The position numbers and the translations under genes are program-made. Below, piece after piece: positions 17,468 through 20,000 of a stretch of DNA of 20,000 nucleotides. The notes below the pieces were generated by a model. The model saw only the letters and a program-made list of their open reading frames with translations. It was not told the DNA's origin and made no database searches. The stretch lies in the IMG/VR virus record IMGVR_UViG_3300014656_001812. One strand, written 5' to 3'. How positions within the stretch are numbered: the first letter of the stretch is position 1; each line of letters opens with the position of its first letter. Source of the stretch: an uncultured virus (IMG/VR IMGVR_UViG_3300014656_001812). Lineage: Duplodnaviria; Heunggongvirae; Uroviricota; Caudoviricetes.

Positions 17468-17886
17468 ACCTCTGGCTGCTCCTCGTCCAACTGCTCGATG
17501 AGATTATTGTGTTTCTTAATCTCATAATGTAGTTTTGGAGATACATTAGCAGGCATTGCCTTATCAAATTCATCCGTAGTTAGACCAGAGAAGTCTGGCC
17601 ACACCACGGCGGTCTTGACGAAATGCTCTTCCTCACTGGCATTATAATTGACCACAAATTCTGTCTGCACATCTGGAGCCAGCGATTCAATGTCCTTTTC
17701 GAGTACCTCCTTTGGCATCTTCTTCGTTATGTCGGCCATAACATCGGCATAGATTTCTTTAAGGTCTCCACGAGTCAAGCCCCTAAAGATAAAGAATCTA
17801 CCCCCAATGCTACAGGAAAAGAGCACGCCATACTTTGCTTTAAGTTGGGCGATGTCTTCTTCTGTTGGTTCTGTGAAATCAATCAT
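17455..17886 (-). CDS. Tail assembly chaperone (lambda gpG-like)
   Basis: 143-aa acidic protein (IAQLKAKYG...FIFRGLTRGDLK...FVKTAVVWP) between tube-like genes and the giant gene. Ends in a slippery KKL*. Strong SD. Confidence 0.75.
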   Translation of the reverse strand: MIDFTEPTEEDIAQLKAKYGVLFSCSIGGRFFIFRGLTRGDLKEIYADVMADITKKMPKEVLEKDIESLAPDVQTEFVVNYNASEEEHFVKTAVVWPDFSGLTTDEFDKAMPANVSPKLHYEIKKHNNLIEQLDEEQPEVKKL

Positions 17887-17959
17887 ACAATCCTCCTATC
17901 ATTCTTAGAGCACGTAAGGAGCTCTGGTATAATCTGGAGTGTCTTCCTCTGTTGGTTCT
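17853..17959. repeat. 20-bp imperfect direct repeat (19/20) at 17853-17872 and 17940-17959
   Basis: tgtcttcttctgttggttct versus tgtcttcctctgttggttct; both read EPTEED on the minus strand. Confidence 0.6.
17891..17897 (-). promoter_or_regulatory. Shine-Dalgarno AGGAGGA
   Basis: AGGAGGATTGT-ATG before 17886. Confidence 0.8.
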
Positions 17960-17968
17960 TTTTGTTTG

Positions 17969-18829
17969 TTAGGAGTTTCCTCCTCCCTCGGGAATAATAG
18001 GCGCTTCATCATCTGGTGCTGGAACTATTTCTTCTGTATTTGAATTGCCTTCTTCAGCGATTCTAACATCCCTGGCTATGAACTGATATTCTTCCATAAC
18101 CGTTCGTCCTGACATGTCTAATAGTTGCCTACAGGCTACTATATGAACGCCTTCGATAACACGCGCCGAAGCAGATAATGCCCCTCCCTCATTAGGTCTA
18201 GACGGCTTATATATTACTGATAGGCTCGTTGGCTTAATATATCCGTGTTCATTATAGAATAAAGACTTAACCCTATCTCCAACTTGGAAGTCTAATTGTG
18301 CTTGTTTTCTGCCAGTCTGATAATATTGTTCATCAAGAGAGTCAGCCATCTCTAGGAATTTATCAAGGTCCTGTATAGCCAGCGCGCCGAGGGTTTCGGC
18401 AGATACATCAGAATCTTCCGCAGGAGATAGAGAAACAAGATTATTATCAATATATTCTTGCCTGAAACGTGGTACTGACTCTGTCCAACCTTCCGATGGT
18501 GTAGCGACTGGCCCAAGGGATTCTGACTGAAGTACCTCAAGTAGATACCCAGGGCGCACGAAGTTAACGACGAACATCCCACTGATGCTCCTCACGCCAA
18601 CAGCCACGGCGTCAAATGACCTGCTCCATATCCCATAGATGGGCAAGACATTCTCACTCATAACACAATTGAGGCTATTGATTTCTGTGATAATGCGTGA
18701 GCCGATTGCGACAAACGCATCAGAACCAGTCATATATGGCACTGGATACGTCAGTCTCTCGACCGAACGGCGCTCTACTTCACCAGAAAATGAGGGGACA
18801 AATTGACGATAGTCAGAGTCTGACGCCAT
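17969..18829 (-). CDS. Tail-tube-like protein (paralog 3, possible tube initiator/baseplate-proximal ring)
   Basis: YMTGSDAFV, GVRSISGMFVVNF and IEGVHIV...EEYQFIARDV match the neighbouring paralogs. ATG at 18829 preferred over GTG at 18838 because AGGTG (18836-18840) then serves as SD with a 6-nt spacer. Confidence 0.65.
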   Translation of the reverse strand: MASDSDYRQFVPSFSGEVERRSVERLTYPVPYMTGSDAFVAIGSRIITEINSLNCVMSENVLPIYGIWSRSFDAVAVGVRSISGMFVVNFVRPGYLLEVLQSESLGPVATPSEGWTESVPRFRQEYIDNNLVSLSPAEDSDVSAETLGALAIQDLDKFLEMADSLDEQYYQTGRKQAQLDFQVGDRVKSLFYNEHGYIKPTSLSVIYKPSRPNEGGALSASARVIEGVHIVACRQLLDMSGRTVMEEYQFIARDVRIAEEGNSNTEEIVPAPDDEAPIIPEGGGNS

Positions 18830-18842
18830 ACGATACACCTAT

Positions 18843-19679
18843 TCATTCGGTTTCCTCTACGTCTACAATTGTGACAGGATATAATATGTTAGGGTCAGCA
18901 AGATCAAGAATTTTATAGTTAACATCTTGATTTAATAAATCAGAAGCGTCGCCAGGTACATATCTCCCTTCTCTTTCGTTCCAGATAGTTACGATTGGTT
19001 GCGGTCTATCAACACGATAACGCACTTCTCTATCTATCAGAGTGGTATAGAGATAGTCGTTCCAGCCTTTAGCGCCGCCACTTTCTCGTTCTTTAACTCG
19101 TAACGGCTGTATATCTAATGCTACAAACTGGAACACTTCTTCTGTATATAAATCATTGATGGAGAACGTGCTACCATCATCTGAAATTTTAACACCAAGG
19201 ATAGCAAATCTAGACGAAGAACCGAATTCATTTGTTAGATGTATGTATATGTCAAAAGGAGGAAGTTCATCAGGCAAATGATTATATCCAATAGATTCTG
19301 ACACCTTGCCAGATGGATACGTCTTGTATAACTCATCAATACATTCAGATAGCGCGTGCTTATCAAATATAGTGAAGATAAGACTCCCCGCTATCGTACG
19401 ATGACCGACTGTGAAGCCAGCTGGATTAACCGTGCCAAGACGTCTAACAAGAAACGGGTCCCGATGTGTGCTATAGCTGACGGTCTGCAAAGAGCCGAAT
19501 ACCCTGGCACTGCCATTGGGCATCCTAAATGCAGCAACTATATCGGCACCCGCGTATGAAGTATTTTGGCCAGCGGCGCCGATGAAGTTCCCATCTTTAA
19601 CGGCAGGAATTTCACCGGCAGCCCTGGATATAGTATACACGGGACCTGTAGGAGTCTGTGTAACTAATTGTGAAGCCAT
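18843..19679 (-). CDS. Tail-tube-like virion structural protein (paralog 2)
   Basis: SYAGADIVA, LQTVSYSTHR, GHRTIAGSLIFTIFD, DELPPFDI...NEFG...ILGVKISDDG...EEVFQFVALDI; beta-rich pattern and position upstream of the chaperones. Confidence 0.65.
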   Translation of the reverse strand: MASQLVTQTPTGPVYTISRAAGEIPAVKDGNFIGAAGQNTSYAGADIVAAFRMPNGSARVFGSLQTVSYSTHRDPFLVRRLGTVNPAGFTVGHRTIAGSLIFTIFDKHALSECIDELYKTYPSGKVSESIGYNHLPDELPPFDIYIHLTNEFGSSSRFAILGVKISDDGSTFSINDLYTEEVFQFVALDIQPLRVKERESGGAKGWNDYLYTTLIDREVRYRVDRPQPIVTIWNEREGRYVPGDASDLLNQDVNYKILDLADPNILYPVTIVDVEETE

Positions 19680-19684
19680 TAATG

Positions 19685-20000
19685 TTAGCCAGCGCTAGGA
19701 TTATCTGTGTTGATCTTTCTCAACGGCCAAACGTCTCTCGCAACGAATGAATATGCTTTCTCAGTTGTAATGTCATCAACTGAAACGCCAGTACCTTCAT
19801 TGATGATTTGTACACCAATAATATTCATAATGGCAGCCTGGCCAAATTCATTCTTCAAGAAGATGTTAATGCTAAAGGGCAAAATCTGGTCGGCATATAA
19901 CAAACCACCTGGCCCAAAACCACTCTTTGTGCCATAGAAGTCGGACTTGTAAGCATCATTAGCGATATCTACATTCATCCGCTGATTCCAGGCATCAATC
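19685..20000 (-). CDS. Tail-tube-like protein (paralog 1, possibly the major tube), 5'-truncated
   Basis: Frame stays open upstream of the track's ATG (IDAWNQR-MNV) to the window edge. YADQILPFSI...NEFG...IIGVQIINEG...TTEKAYSFVARDV aligns with paralog 2. Confidence 0.65.
   Translation of the reverse strand, partial: IDAWNQRMNVDIANDAYKSDFYGTKSGFGPGGLLYADQILPFSINIFLKNEFGQAAIMNIIGVQIINEGTGVSVDDITTEKAYSFVARDVWPLRKINTDNPSAG

Noticed and set aside
174..19937. Numerous short plus-strand ORFs (60-124 aa) and the nested minus ORF 18352..18582
   Set aside because: All overlap long minus-strand genes and show no recognisable motifs; treated as shadow ORFs.
1..20000. Stop-codon reassignment as in some large phages
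   Set aside because: Standard code gives near-complete coding density, and TAA, TAG and TGA all terminate genes at tight junctions.

Overview
The window is one tightly packed minus-strand operon from a large tailed bacteriophage (or prophage), covering the tail-morphogenesis and putative virion-cargo module. In transcription order (right to left) it encodes: three paralogous tail-tube-like proteins (the first cut by the window edge); a lambda G/GT-type tail assembly chaperone pair with a -1 frameshift signal (A AAA AAA plus a GC hairpin); a 2735-aa protein in the tape-measure position carrying two LAGLIDADG inteins only 13 aa apart, a PD-(D/E)XK nuclease and a degenerate thermonuclease-like domain; a 1216-aa protein with a DEDDh 3'-5' exonuclease; a 1370-aa protein with motifs of a divergent two-barrel (double-psi beta-barrel) RNA polymerase (R-x-P...NP-x6-NMDWDAD, AIDAAK, possibly a beta-like K-x7-K motif placed after the catalytic barrel); and a further gene running off the left edge. 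The most notable signal is the trio of giant, stop/start-overlapping enzymatic proteins, which may be an injected transcription/DNA-processing cargo. All assignments come from reading motifs by eye; no database searches were run.
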